Sequence record: MF158045
DNA length: 64,000 nucleotides
Direction: 5' to 3' (one strand)
From: Shigella phage Sf22
The notes below the pieces were generated by a model that saw only the letters and a program-made list of their open reading frames with translations, had not been told where the DNA came from and did not search any database. Each line of letters begins with the position of its first letter. Within the stretch, counting starts at the first letter, position 1. Of this stretch, positions 9,648-18,756 are shown one piece after another. The position numbers were made by a program, and so were the translations under genes.

Positions 9648-9973
9648 TTAAACCATCCTTTAATACGCTGCCACAAAGTTTTCTGTTGAGCTTTGTTAAC
9701 ACCAATTGAGCGAATAACTGGTTGAGATTCCTGGAATTCTTTATAATCAGCAAGGTAAATTTCATAAGCCGCTTGAACAAAAGTACTGATCGCTGCCATA
9801 AAGTTCTTGCGAATTCCCATAGAGGCTTCAGAACCGCCACGGATGATTAAATATTTACCAGTCTTAATCTTTACGATACTTCCAAGATAAGCTCCATGGT
9901 ACCAGATATCCCAACCCTCTTGAGTAGGTTCTGCACAACGACGAAGTTCATTGATAATTTCTAACTTGTTCAT
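9644..9973 (-). CDS. Hypothetical protein (109 aa)
   Basis: ORF track; 4-nt overlap with downstream ORF. Confidence 0.55.
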   Translation of the reverse strand: MNKLEIINELRRCAEPTQEGWDIWYHGAYLGSIVKIKTGKYLIIRGGSEASMGIRKNFMAAISTFVQAAYEIYLADYKEFQESQPVIRSIGVNKAQQKTLWQRIKGWFK

Positions 9974-9983
9974 TATTTATTCC

Positions 9984-10619
9984 TCACAGTTCAGATGCTA
10001 CAGTGATTACAGCTTCAATGTTTTCTGCTGAACGTTTAATGTCAAGATACACATTACCGTTTTTAGCGATTTTACATGACATTCCGATATCAGTAAATTT
10101 CTGAATATGATGTTCCATCATTTTGTATCCAAAAATTCGCATATTTCCATTATTGTTAATTTCAAAATTACGAATTCCGTGAGTGCGTTTTTCTAAAATA
10201 GCGAGATAGTTACTGCGATAAGTTTCAACCTTTTTAAGAACAAATCCATTTTCATCTAAAAGTTTTAACATGAAGTCTTTATCTTCTTCCATATCAGAAG
10301 TAATCTCACGAGATTTACGAGTTGCTCGTTTTTTCAGCAGTTCCGGAGCATTTTCCTGTGCGTATAAAGTTGCTGCGTTTGAAATAATATCCTGAGCTTC
10401 ACCAGTAATGATTAATCCATCACCAGATTTCTCTACCAGGCCCTTTTTAATCAATACACCAATATTACTATTAACTACTGCGTTACCTAAATCTGGATGC
10501 ACCTCACGAACTTCTGCAGCTGTAATGAAATCTTTCTTAGCAATAGTAATTAAAATCGCAGCAGTTTTTTCATTCAGAACATCGTTAGAAGCTTTGATGA
10601 TGTAAGTTACTTTAGACAT
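9984..10619 (-). CDS. motA: Middle transcription activator MotA
   Basis: 211 aa, N-terminus MSKVTYIIKASNDVLNEKTAAILITIAKKDFITAAEVREVHPDLGN matches T4 MotA as recalled. Confidence 0.95.
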   Translation of the reverse strand: MSKVTYIIKASNDVLNEKTAAILITIAKKDFITAAEVREVHPDLGNAVVNSNIGVLIKKGLVEKSGDGLIITGEAQDIISNAATLYAQENAPELLKKRATRKSREITSDMEEDKDFMLKLLDENGFVLKKVETYRSNYLAILEKRTHGIRNFEINNNGNMRIFGYKMMEHHIQKFTDIGMSCKIAKNGNVYLDIKRSAENIEAVITVASEL

Positions 10620-10660
10620 TTTCTAATCTCCGTAATTCTGTATCAGTAGTTGATAGTTGT

Positions 10661-10690
10661 ATAGTACCACAGTATGCTTTGGTTGTAAAC
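10661..10690 (-). promoter_or_regulatory. T4-type early promoter upstream of motA
   Basis: Minus strand GTTTAC, 18-nt spacer, TACTAT. Confidence 0.65.
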
Positions 10691-10699
10691 CGTTTTGTG

Positions 10700-10739
10700 A
10701 AAAAAATTTAAAATAAAAAGGGAGAGCCGAGGCTCTCCC
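10700..10739 (-). terminator. Intrinsic terminator-like hairpin downstream of gene 52 cluster
   Basis: Minus strand GGGAGAGCC-tc-GGCTCTCCC followed by U-rich tract; lies just upstream of the motA promoter. Confidence 0.6.
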
Positions 10740-10744
10740 TAAAA

Positions 10745-10894
10745 ATTACTGCATGACTGTGATAACTGTCATGATAACACGTTGAATTCCGAACGCAAGA
10801 AGACCTCCTGCTACGGCTGGAACAACGCCTAAACCCGCCAGTAAAATGCTACCAGATACTAATGCCGCGCTTGTAATACCTATGAATGGACTCA
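10745..10894 (-). CDS. Small hydrophobic membrane peptide (50 aa), translationally coupled to gene 52
   Basis: Manual translation MSPFIGITSAALVSGSILLAGLGVVPAVAGGLLAFGIQRVIMTVITVMQ; ATG overlaps gene 52 stop (ATGA). Confidence 0.5.
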
Positions 10895-12220
10895 TTTGAT
10901 TTCCTCTAAATCTTTGGTGTATTCTGTAACTACATCAGTAGTTTTCCAATATTCGTTTTCTTCTTTTTTAGCTTTAGCTTCTTCTGCAAGTTTCTTTGCT
11001 TCGTCGGAAGTCATATGAAAAATATTCATTCCGACTAGTTTATCAACATAAGAAGAATACATCTCAATTTTAGAAAGTTCTTCAGTCAGTTCTTTACGAG
11101 TTTTACCCTGTACAACAATTTCACCTGAAATTACTTTCTTAATGAAATGTGCCTTGGCAAAGGCTAAACGAAATGCTGATTCAGTTTCTTTAATTTTGTT
11201 ATCAATTCGTTTTTGGACATAAGTTTTACGAACTTCAACAAAGTCTTTAATTAAATCAACTACGTTATCGTAAACTTGTAGCTTTCCTTTCTCATTAATG
11301 ACTGTAATATTTTGGGAACGACGCTCAATCAACCCGAAGTCTTTCATAATTTTTGCATGGCGTTCTTCTTCGTTATCGCTCAAAGAATATTCTTTACGGA
11401 ATTTAACTTTGAATCCAAACCCGTGCTCACCGCAAGCATCATCCCATGTAATGAAGCCTTTATCTTCAAGCGGGTCTAAGATTTTACTCACATAAGTTTC
11501 ACGATCATACTTATACGGAATCTCGGTGATATGCATTTGAGTTCGTGAAGTAAACTTATATGTTCCACGAATTTCATATTGCCCATCAATTTCAACGACT
11601 TCACCACGAAATTCTGGGAATTCTACCTTCGGTTTAGTTACTTTCTTTCCTTGAAGAGCTTGCAGTACAGCTTTCTTAACAGAAGAAACACTATGAGGAA
11701 GAATGTAAGTTGCATAACCAGTTGCAATACCGGAAACACCATTAAGAAGAACAGTAGGAATAATAGGCAAATAGAAAGCAGGCGGAATGTGTTCTTTATC
11801 TTGATGTACCGGAGCATATTCAGTATCTTTATATACGTTATAGAAATTTTTACTTACACGAGCAAAAATATAACGACTTGCCGCTGCCTTTTGGACAGTA
11901 CGAGAACCAAAGTTTCCTTGACCATCTAACAGAGGAAAGTTATTATTCCAAGTATTAGCCATCAAAGCACCTGCATCTTGTGCAGAGTTTTCGCCATGGT
12001 GATATCCAAGGTCCGCTACACCGCCTGCAATAGAAGCGAGTTTGTGAAACTTATCTTTATTTCCTCGTGCCAAATCAAGAGCTCGAGCAATAACAAATCG
12101 TTGAACTGGCTTAAATCCGTCAATCATATTTGGGATAGCACGATTTTCAACCGTGTACATAGCATAAGCCAGTGCTTCATTATCAATGATACTTTTTAAA
12201 TCGCGATTATTCAGTTGCAT
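10892..12220 (-). CDS. 52: DNA topoisomerase II medium subunit gp52
   Basis: 442 aa (T4 gp52 442 aa); GyrA/ParC-like N-terminus (GFKPVQRFVI). Confidence 0.95.
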   Translation of the reverse strand: MQLNNRDLKSIIDNEALAYAMYTVENRAIPNMIDGFKPVQRFVIARALDLARGNKDKFHKLASIAGGVADLGYHHGENSAQDAGALMANTWNNNFPLLDGQGNFGSRTVQKAAASRYIFARVSKNFYNVYKDTEYAPVHQDKEHIPPAFYLPIIPTVLLNGVSGIATGYATYILPHSVSSVKKAVLQALQGKKVTKPKVEFPEFRGEVVEIDGQYEIRGTYKFTSRTQMHITEIPYKYDRETYVSKILDPLEDKGFITWDDACGEHGFGFKVKFRKEYSLSDNEEERHAKIMKDFGLIERRSQNITVINEKGKLQVYDNVVDLIKDFVEVRKTYVQKRIDNKIKETESAFRLAFAKAHFIKKVISGEIVVQGKTRKELTEELSKIEMYSSYVDKLVGMNIFHMTSDEAKKLAEEAKAKKEENEYWKTTDVVTEYTKDLEEIK

Positions 12221-12357
12221 AAATTTACCATACTAGTGAATGTAGTGCCATAATAACATCAGAAATGAAAAGCACGACTTGAATTAATCCGAACATTACT
12301 CCATAATATAGTGCTACCAATAAAGTAGCAAGGGCTAATGAATAGCCCAAGATTTTC
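12221..12357 (-). CDS. Small hydrophobic peptide (about 45 aa)
   Basis: Manual translation MIKKILGYSLALATLLVALYYGVMFGLIQVVLF...; abuts the next small ORF. Confidence 0.35.
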
Positions 12358-12516
12358 TTAATCATTAGTAGATAACAACACAAATGTTAAATATGCACAC
12401 ATACCCTGGGCTAAAGCTTGTGAAAACACACTGCTAGCATCGATACAGATAGTTAAAACACATGCTACTATCCAACAAATAAATGAAATAACTCCTAATA
12501 ATTTTGCGATATTCAT
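12358..12516 (-). CDS. Small membrane protein (52 aa), paralog of adjacent ac-like ORF
   Basis: Internal Met start MNIAKLLGVISFICWIVACVLTICIDASSVFSQALAQGM preceded by SD GAGGAG; the ORF-track 62-aa start is probably artefactual. Confidence 0.5.
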   Translation of the reverse strand: MNIAKLLGVISFICWIVACVLTICIDASSVFSQALAQGMCAYLTFVLLSTND

Positions 12517-12526
12517 AATATTCTCC

Positions 12527-12682
12527 TCAACTATTTTTAGAACCAATGTACGCGAATAATGATAAAATCGCTAATACACCCTGAGCTGATGCTTGCAAAA
12601 ATACTGAAGTTTCTCCAGTTATTACTGTTCCGATGCATAAAAAGAACCAACAGAAAAAGGCTATACCGTGAACAAATTTCAT
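12527..12682 (-). CDS. ac: Small membrane protein (51 aa), ac-like by position
   Basis: Manual translation MKFVHGIAFFCWFFLCIGTVITGETSVFLQASAQGVLAILSLFAYIGSKNS; located between stp and 52 where T4 ac lies; size as I recall for T4 ac. Confidence 0.45.
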   Translation of the reverse strand: MKFVHGIAFFCWFFLCIGTVITGETSVFLQASAQGVLAILSLFAYIGSKNS

Positions 12683-12689
12683 ATTTTCC

Positions 12690-12770
12690 TCACTGGCGTC
12701 CGAAGACGCCTTTGGTTTTAAGATTGTTACGATAAAACTGCATCACATGTTCGTTATGGAAATTACTCAT
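12690..12770 (-). CDS. stp: Stp peptide (activator of host PrrC anticodon nuclease / restriction-alleviation peptide)
   Basis: Manual translation [26 protein letters not shown], 26 aa, matching T4 Stp as recalled; ATG overlaps ndd stop (TAATG). Confidence 0.9.
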
Positions 12771-13213
12771 TAATATGCCTGCAAAACAAATTTAAAGTTA
12801 TCAGCCAACATACGGTTCATTTCTTCAAGTGTTTGATACTCAGAATGATGATTACGAGTAAACGCTAAAGCTAACTGACCTTTTCCAAATCCCGTCGTCA
12901 GAGGTTTCATCTTAGAAGCAGGCAGATAAAACACCGTGTATACCATATTATTATTTGCAATAGTACGCGCAAGTTGAGACCGTCGTTGACGAATATGACT
13001 TAAAACCGCGCTGAATCCTTGCTTAGAACGCTGATTACCTACATAAAATCGTGCAGATACACATGAACCATCGAATTCACTTACTAAAAAGTAAAATCCA
13101 GGTTTAGACAAAATGTCTTTGTGTGGAGTTCCCAAAAACCACTCACCGCCCTTGATTGTACCAATAACAGTAGCGCCTGCGTTGTTCAGATCAGTAACAG
13201 CCATATATTTCAT
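12770..13213 (-). CDS. ndd: Nucleoid disruption protein Ndd
   Basis: ORF-track 163-aa frame; internal start [33 protein letters not shown] resembles T4 Ndd N-terminus, so the start was moved to 13213. Confidence 0.85.
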
Positions 13214-13273
13214 TTTAATTTCCTCTAAATTATTTTCTACTCCAAGGCCGCATGAATACATACGGCCGATAAA

Positions 13274-13489
13274 TTAATCGTCGCAGTCGACGCTCAATTC
13301 CCAAAACTCTTCTACAGTATAAGTTTCAGTATCATTTTCAATACAGAAACGTTCATTACTGTTATTTGCTAAAGTAGCGTTAACTGTCGGTTTCTCGCTA
13401 GTGCTCTTAAGAGGTGAAATACGAATTAACTGATCACCGTTATCTAAACAAAAAATTTCACCAACTTTTACATCTTTAAAACTTTTCAT
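13274..13489 (-). CDS. Hypothetical protein (71 aa)
   Basis: ORF track; in ndd-denB accessory cluster. Confidence 0.5.
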   Translation of the reverse strand: MKSFKDVKVGEIFCLDNGDQLIRISPLKSTSEKPTVNATLANNSNERFCIENDTETYTVEEFWELSVDCDD

Positions 13490-13604
13490 AATTCACCTCA
13501 AGGAGTATAAAATCCAAATGCAGTTGTTGACCATCCCATCCAATATGGGAAATTTGCACCAATGTAAAACATAAGAATATAAAACCAACCGCTCAACAAA
13601 TTCA

Positions 13605-13823
13605 TCATTTTACACCATTCCAAATTGTTTCAACTACGGATTTTAAACCATTTTGATGAATATCCATTCCGACTACCGCCATCAAATAGATTCCAACTAC
13701 AACTGAACCTAAGGCAAAAATCAGCATGAAAATGAATAAAGCCGGAAAAATATTATCGAAAAACCATTCAATAAATGTAAAAGCACTACGTTTACGCTTC
13801 ATATTTTCCTCACATAAATCCAA
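13605..13823 (-). CDS. Small membrane protein (up to 72 aa)
   Basis: ORF track; hydrophobic segment FPALFIFMLIFALGSVVVGIYLMAVVG. Confidence 0.45.
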   Translation of the reverse strand: MDLCEENMKRKRSAFTFIEWFFDNIFPALFIFMLIFALGSVVVGIYLMAVVGMDIHQNGLKSVVETIWNGVK

Positions 13824-13923
13824 AGTAAACGTTTAATACATCAATCATTAAAACGATTGGGAATATACTCAAAACTATTAGTATTATAACTACATTCCAT
13901 ATAGCTTTAATAATCTTTTTCAT
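13810..13923 (-). CDS. Small membrane peptide (37 aa)
   Basis: Internal start MKKIIKAIWNVVIILIVLSIFPIVLMIDVL with SD GGAGG; the upstream part of the ORF-track frame overlaps an early promoter. Confidence 0.45.
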   Translation of the reverse strand: MKKIIKAIWNVVIILIVLSIFPIVLMIDVLNVYFGFM

Positions 13924-13951
13924 TTTCTGTTCCTCCGTAGTTGATAGGGTA

Positions 13952-13981
13952 ATAGTACCACGGAAGAACAGTCTTGTAAAC
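13952..13981 (-). promoter_or_regulatory. T4-type early promoter upstream of small membrane peptide ORF
   Basis: Minus strand GTTTAC, 18 nt, TACTAT. Confidence 0.55.
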
Positions 13982-14166
13982 AACTTTTTTAAAAATATTC
14001 GTAATAAATGTGAATACCAACTACTACCGCTGAAACCTGTGCAACCCACCACGCGCAAGCAATAAGTACAGAATTCAAAATTTTCATAATAACCTCATTA
14101 CAAAAGTAAATGTTAAACAAATTACTGGAATACTAATTAACCAAACAAAACACCACCATAATGAAC

Positions 14167-14442
14167 TCATAGCTCAATCTCAGCGATTTTCATTTCATTA
14201 CTATTAATAGCCTCTTTAAGACTATCTGAAAGAATTACATTCCAGTGGTCATTCATATGACCATTAACTAAGCGTGTAATTTCTTCAGGAGTTGAAAAAT
14301 AAGGCTGATCAGACTCCCAATGCGATAATCCTAAGCGAGTATAAATCATGCCTTCATCATCGCTCGAATATTCAACTGACACAAACTCATCAGTTATTTT
14401 ATGTTTAGCGTAATAAAATTTAAATTTCATTTTATTCTCCAA
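14167..14442 (-). CDS. Hypothetical protein (91 aa)
   Basis: ORF track; early promoter immediately upstream. Confidence 0.55.
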   Translation of the reverse strand: MENKMKFKFYYAKHKITDEFVSVEYSSDDEGMIYTRLGLSHWESDQPYFSTPEEITRLVNGHMNDHWNVILSDSLKEAINSNEMKIAEIEL

Positions 14443-14467
14443 ATCCGTATCAGTAGTTGATAGTTGT

Positions 14468-14497
14468 ATAGTACCACGGTCCTTGTGGTATGTAAAC
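14468..14497 (-). promoter_or_regulatory. T4-type early promoter upstream of ORF 14167-14442
   Basis: Minus strand GTTTAC, 18 nt, TACTAT; same leader motif as the motA promoter. Confidence 0.6.
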
Positions 14498-14512
14498 TGT
14501 TTTGTGAAATTT

Positions 14513-15070
14513 TTAAATGGAAAGATACCATCCGCTGTAGTTGCTTTTTCTTACAACTTTACGAAGGTCTTCTCTGTCACCGATGAACTTCGGAGTGTAC
14601 TGGATGACACCTGGATGAATTTCTTTAGTGTTGAATATAATTATACAGTCAGCGACTTGATGATTTAGAATGGGCCCTAGATTTATTCCAGAACCATATG
14701 GATACTCTCCGCTGCATCCTGTTGTTACCGAAATCCAACGCGAGTCAGTTTGATGTGTCTTAACTTCTACGCGAAGCCCGCAGTATTTTGGATGCGCCAA
14801 TACATCCCATGCATATGTGTACGGATCATCGACATCTTCTTGGCCTTTATTGACATATCCGCTTAGCCAATCTGCCACAAAAAACTCTGCGTACACAGCG
14901 ATACGGCATCTTTCGATAACTTCTGCCTTATCCTGATTTGGATTTTGTTTTAAAGAGTATCTTGCTGTATCAGCAATTTTGACCTTCATTTCACTAGTCA
15001 AGTCACTGTTCGATAGGGTAAATGTCGGAATCTGAAATAGTCTCCGTAAACCCGGATTCGTTTTCTGCAT
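14513..15070 (-). CDS. denB: Endonuclease IV DenB
   Basis: 185 aa (T4 DenB 185 aa); position between ndd cluster and rIIB. Confidence 0.8.
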   Translation of the reverse strand: MQKTNPGLRRLFQIPTFTLSNSDLTSEMKVKIADTARYSLKQNPNQDKAEVIERCRIAVYAEFFVADWLSGYVNKGQEDVDDPYTYAWDVLAHPKYCGLRVEVKTHQTDSRWISVTTGCSGEYPYGSGINLGPILNHQVADCIIIFNTKEIHPGVIQYTPKFIGDREDLRKVVRKSNYSGWYLSI

Positions 15071-15099
15071 TAAACTTTCCTTTATGTCGGAATCATAAT

Positions 15100-15130
15100 T
15101 TCTCTTAAAACAAAAGGGCCGAAGCCCTTA
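15100..15130 (-). terminator. UUCG-loop hairpin downstream of the 64-aa ORF
   Basis: Minus strand AAGGGC-UUCG-GCCCUU plus U-rich tail. Confidence 0.5.
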
Positions 15131-15132
15131 TT

Positions 15133-15327
15133 TTATTTGAATTGTGCGATTCTTTTCTCTAGACACTCAGCATAAGATTTCATTGAGATGAACTGTGAAA
15201 GCAGCAGTTCTTGCTCAACTGCACTAACCGTTAGAAACTTTGTGCTTTCTAAAAATTTGCTCAGTGCATTAATTTTGAGCATTAATTGATCGTATTCTTC
15301 TTTTACTCGTGCTTGATAACCTAACAT
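15133..15327 (-). CDS. Hypothetical protein (64 aa)
   Basis: ORF track; flanked on both sides by near-identical GGGCCGAAGCCC hairpins. Confidence 0.5.
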   Translation of the reverse strand: MLGYQARVKEEYDQLMLKINALSKFLESTKFLTVSAVEQELLLSQFISMKSYAECLEKRIAQFK

Positions 15328-15346
15328 AATTTTCCTTAATATGATA

Positions 15347-15362
15347 AGGGCCGAAGCCCTTA
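15347..15362 (-). terminator. UUCG-loop hairpin downstream of rIIB
   Basis: Same AAGGGCTTCGGCCCTT element as at 15114-15129. Confidence 0.5.
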
Positions 15363-16298
15363 TTTAAATTGTTCAGTAACGTCTTCAACTACTTCGTATT
15401 GGCAGGTACGCATTTTAGCATCGTTGTAATCAATCGGAATTGATACTACATCACGCGGATGTACTTTAACTTTTACAACTCGGCTGGTTGAACTGCCAAA
15501 GTGACGAATATAAGATTTAGAACACACATGCAGACCACGAGAACAAGTTTGTGTATCATCGTCATTTACACGAGTACGTGGCATTTTAACTACTTTACCA
15601 GGACTGTTATCAAAGGTATTTGAGTGACAGTCAAAGTAATTGCTACGAACTACTTTCCAAGCATAGAAGTAACCATCTTCTGTAATTTCAATATCGTTTG
15701 CTACCAAGAAATCAAAGAGTCGAGATACCGCTTTCTGGCTTGGGTTTTCCAGCAGATTTTCCAAGAACGGAAAATAAAATTCAAAGTTTTCGCCTTTTTC
15801 CATCGAGTCAAGAATACGATCAACCAAACCAGACCGCAATTCGATATTTTGATAGAACAAGCTTCCACCTTCAATTCGAACATCGCCGGAAATATATTTT
15901 TCAACAGCGCGACGAACATTAATTTTTTGTGCCGCTTCTTCCAACTTATCTGCTACGAGCAGATTAAGAATTTCCTGGAAGTTTGAATGAGTATTAGGAG
16001 TTGCGTTATAAGTTACGCCATCAACAGTAATTGAAATGAATTTTTTAGATGCATTCCAAATAATGTCAGATTTAGCAACTGGAGCAATAACTGCATCGCT
16101 ATTAACTTTAACTGTAATATCACCGCTAATAGTAACTTTAGGGTGTTTAGCTTCTTCAGCATTTTTCAAAACACGACGGATTGTGTCAACCGATACATCC
16201 TTCCAATAAGCTAATTCCTGCTGAGTGTAATTACCACTTGAATACAGTTTAACAATTTCAGCTTGTTCGTTTTTGGTCAGGCATTTAATATTGTACAT
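15360..16298 (-). CDS. rIIB: rIIB protein
   Basis: 312 aa (T4 rIIB 312 aa); directly downstream of rIIA. Confidence 0.9.
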   Translation of the reverse strand: MYNIKCLTKNEQAEIVKLYSSGNYTQQELAYWKDVSVDTIRRVLKNAEEAKHPKVTISGDITVKVNSDAVIAPVAKSDIIWNASKKFISITVDGVTYNATPNTHSNFQEILNLLVADKLEEAAQKINVRRAVEKYISGDVRIEGGSLFYQNIELRSGLVDRILDSMEKGENFEFYFPFLENLLENPSQKAVSRLFDFLVANDIEITEDGYFYAWKVVRSNYFDCHSNTFDNSPGKVVKMPRTRVNDDDTQTCSRGLHVCSKSYIRHFGSSTSRVVKVKVHPRDVVSIPIDYNDAKMRTCQYEVVEDVTEQFK

Positions 16299-16309
16299 AA
16301 TTTTCCTTA

Positions 16310-18487
16310 TTAGGCCGCAAGGGCCTTCATAGTTTTGGCGATTTGGGAAACTTCATCATCACTTAAAGAGTTGCGATATCCGATGAAGTCGGAAACAATA
16401 CGGAATTTCTTGGTAAACTCAGCAACCATTTTATCACTATTTTTTGAAGCATTACGTGATAATTCATCAAAAAGATTAGTTACCGTCCAGATGTCATGAC
16501 CGATGGTATCTTTTCCACCATTAAAATATACACCACGCAATGAACTAACTATATTAGCGAGTCGTGTATATTCTTCAGAAACTTCATCTGTACTGAAGTA
16601 CTTCATCATAAAATCTAGTTCAGGATACTTGATAATTTTATCAATATATCGTTGAGCTGAACTTGAATAACCTACGTACTTATCATAATCTACATCATCA
16701 AAAGCATCTACATATAAATCACGCAAAGCTTCAAAAATACATTGGCACTGACCGAGTTCTTTTACCTTTTTCTGTAAAAGCGGACGAATAACATAAAATT
16801 CATTAATGCCAATAAGATTAGCCATACGAATCAAAATATTCATAGATGGATGACAAAGAGATGTAGTACCATCCATAGAGAAAATATCAGAACGATGCAT
16901 ATACGCTACATACCCAGTAATTTCATCTGCTTCTGATGTGAGCGTAAATAATTCCTCTTTTTCCCAGCGCCCGTCTTTAATTTCAAACTTAAATGCTGTA
17001 GCAGCTTTAGGACGAGGAGCTTTACTTTTAACTATCTTTGGAATATAGCTTTTAACTAAAGCTTCAATTTCTGACAAATAATGAATGTTAACTTCATCAC
17101 TTTCAAACATCGCCATAATATCAGGAAGCAAATCAATCTGCGATTCTACTTCTGGATTAATAAACAGAAGGCGTTCGTTGTGATGAATATTCAAAGTGTT
17201 ATTAAATTCACTATCATCTAGCGCATGTGCTAATCCACGGACAATATTAACACGATTTTTAATATTATCAATAACGATATTAATTTTTGTTGTATTAATA
17301 CCAAACAGACGATAACTTGACGCAACGGCTGATGTTTCATGACTTTGCTTAATGCGTTTCAGTCGAGGGTCAAGATTTACTTCATACACAACTCCTGCAT
17401 TGCATAACTTACTGTCAGGTTCAAACATGCTCTGCATCTTTTTATATGACAGATTTTTAGTCGTGAATTTGACTGAATTACTAATCATATAATCTCGAGC
17501 AGAATACCCCATCTTCATTAATTCGCGATATGCGTGACGAGGAGATGTAGATTCTTTAAATCGTTTTACATCTTCATTAAATGCTTTCTCACTGAGTTCT
17601 TTAACTCGTTCAATGATATTTTTACGAGTGCGATCATCTAGTGAAAGAGCCTCGCGAGATGGAGCAATATCAAGTGAACCCATTGGAAACTTAATGTAAT
17701 TCACTTCATTGCGAATGCTTAGCCAGTTACGGTCTCTAATAACACCATCGATAGGATAAACAATACCGCCATAGATAGCATATAATCCACCACGATCAGG
17801 CCAGTATCTTTCTGGATTTACACCATAATAATCATCAAAATCAGGAAAATAATCAATTTCGCGGTCAAGACCATTAATGATAGCCAAATCTTTGAACGGT
17901 CGCATGATATAAGAAACTTCATAAGCAAAGTTTCTAAAGTCTTTTTCTTCAACTGGAACTACGATTTCAATACCAGTTTTATCATCTGGACCCATTTCTT
18001 TTACGAATGTAGGTTTAATCTGTGGGCCATCACCATCCATGTAAGCTACATAACCACGAATTTCACCTTTATGATACGAAGTAATACTAAACGTATCAGT
18101 ATAACTAAACGGAGATTTAGAACCTAAACCAAATCCGCCAATAAAGTCATTAGATTCAGCCTTAGATGAACTGAAGTATGAATTATACAGCCCAGGAGAA
18201 TTATCATCACCCTGAATATCAAAATCACTCATACCCGGACCAAAATCTCGACAAACAAATCGTGGATCTAATCGTCCTGGAACTTGAATGATAAATTTTT
18301 CAGGATTTCCATTAAGTGCATGAGCATCAATCATGTTAGTAATCAATTCACGGACTACTGCGCGAATCTTGTTTGTATACAAATCAGATGACAGAATTTT
18401 AAATACTTTAGGATTTGCTGCGATGCTAAATGCTTTTGATTTAGAACCATTGCCAAGAATTGTTTCTTTTTCAGTGGTGATAATCAT
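16310..18487 (-). CDS. rIIA: rIIA protein
   Basis: 725 aa (T4 rIIA 725 aa); ATPase-like N-terminal region; synteny. Confidence 0.9.
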   Translation of the reverse strand: MIITTEKETILGNGSKSKAFSIAANPKVFKILSSDLYTNKIRAVVRELITNMIDAHALNGNPEKFIIQVPGRLDPRFVCRDFGPGMSDFDIQGDDNSPGLYNSYFSSSKAESNDFIGGFGLGSKSPFSYTDTFSITSYHKGEIRGYVAYMDGDGPQIKPTFVKEMGPDDKTGIEIVVPVEEKDFRNFAYEVSYIMRPFKDLAIINGLDREIDYFPDFDDYYGVNPERYWPDRGGLYAIYGGIVYPIDGVIRDRNWLSIRNEVNYIKFPMGSLDIAPSREALSLDDRTRKNIIERVKELSEKAFNEDVKRFKESTSPRHAYRELMKMGYSARDYMISNSVKFTTKNLSYKKMQSMFEPDSKLCNAGVVYEVNLDPRLKRIKQSHETSAVASSYRLFGINTTKINIVIDNIKNRVNIVRGLAHALDDSEFNNTLNIHHNERLLFINPEVESQIDLLPDIMAMFESDEVNIHYLSEIEALVKSYIPKIVKSKAPRPKAATAFKFEIKDGRWEKEELFTLTSEADEITGYVAYMHRSDIFSMDGTTSLCHPSMNILIRMANLIGINEFYVIRPLLQKKVKELGQCQCIFEALRDLYVDAFDDVDYDKYVGYSSSAQRYIDKIIKYPELDFMMKYFSTDEVSEEYTRLANIVSSLRGVYFNGGKDTIGHDIWTVTNLFDELSRNASKNSDKMVAEFTKKFRIVSDFIGYRNSLSDDEVSQIAKTMKALAA

Positions 18488-18497
18488 AATTTCCTCA

Positions 18498-18701
18498 TTA
18501 ATTCATATTACGTTTAATAACTTCAGCAACTTCTAGTAGTTCATCTTTAGTTGCGGTGTCGGATTGAATTTTATCTCTAATATCTTTAAAGCGGTTTTTA
18601 AATTCTTCGGCTTCTCCCATATCGAAAAAGCGTTGAATGATTCTATATTCTCGATGAACTGCTTTATCAAAAAGTTCTAAATTTACTCTATATGATTTCA
18701 T
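18498..18701 (-). CDS. rIIA.1-like small protein (67 aa)
   Basis: ORF track; strong consensus early promoter upstream. Confidence 0.6.
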   Translation of the reverse strand: MKSYRVNLELFDKAVHREYRIIQRFFDMGEAEEFKNRFKDIRDKIQSDTATKDELLEVAEVIKRNMN

Positions 18702-18727
18702 TTCAATATCCTCATTTGCCCAATTAA

Positions 18728-18756
18728 TTATACCACATCCTTGTGGTAAAGTAAAC
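18728..18756 (-). promoter_or_regulatory. T4-type early promoter upstream of rIIA.1
   Basis: Minus strand GTTTAC, 17 nt, TGgTATAAT (perfect extended -10). Confidence 0.75.

Noticed and set aside
10408-10605. Plus-strand ORFs lying antisense inside well-supported minus-strand genes (this one in motA; also 11298-11495, 11579-11929, 11978-12199, 15624-15986, 18333-18536, 19278-19487, 19542-19781, 20149-20331, 33529-33834, 38283-38477, 42168-42374, 46604-47020, 49016-49399, 57865-58520 and similar)
   Set aside because: They fall entirely within conserved genes on the other strand, lack RBSs, and have low-complexity or hydrophobic composition typical of antisense frames in AT-rich DNA.
12770-13261. 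Upstream-extended starts given by the ORF track for ndd (163 aa), gp56 (203 aa, to 32839), gp55 (187 aa), ORF 62425-63477 and ORF 13810-14058
   Set aside because: The extensions run through promoter, hairpin or SD sequences. Internal Met codons with proper SDs give products matching known T4 protein N-termini or sizes.
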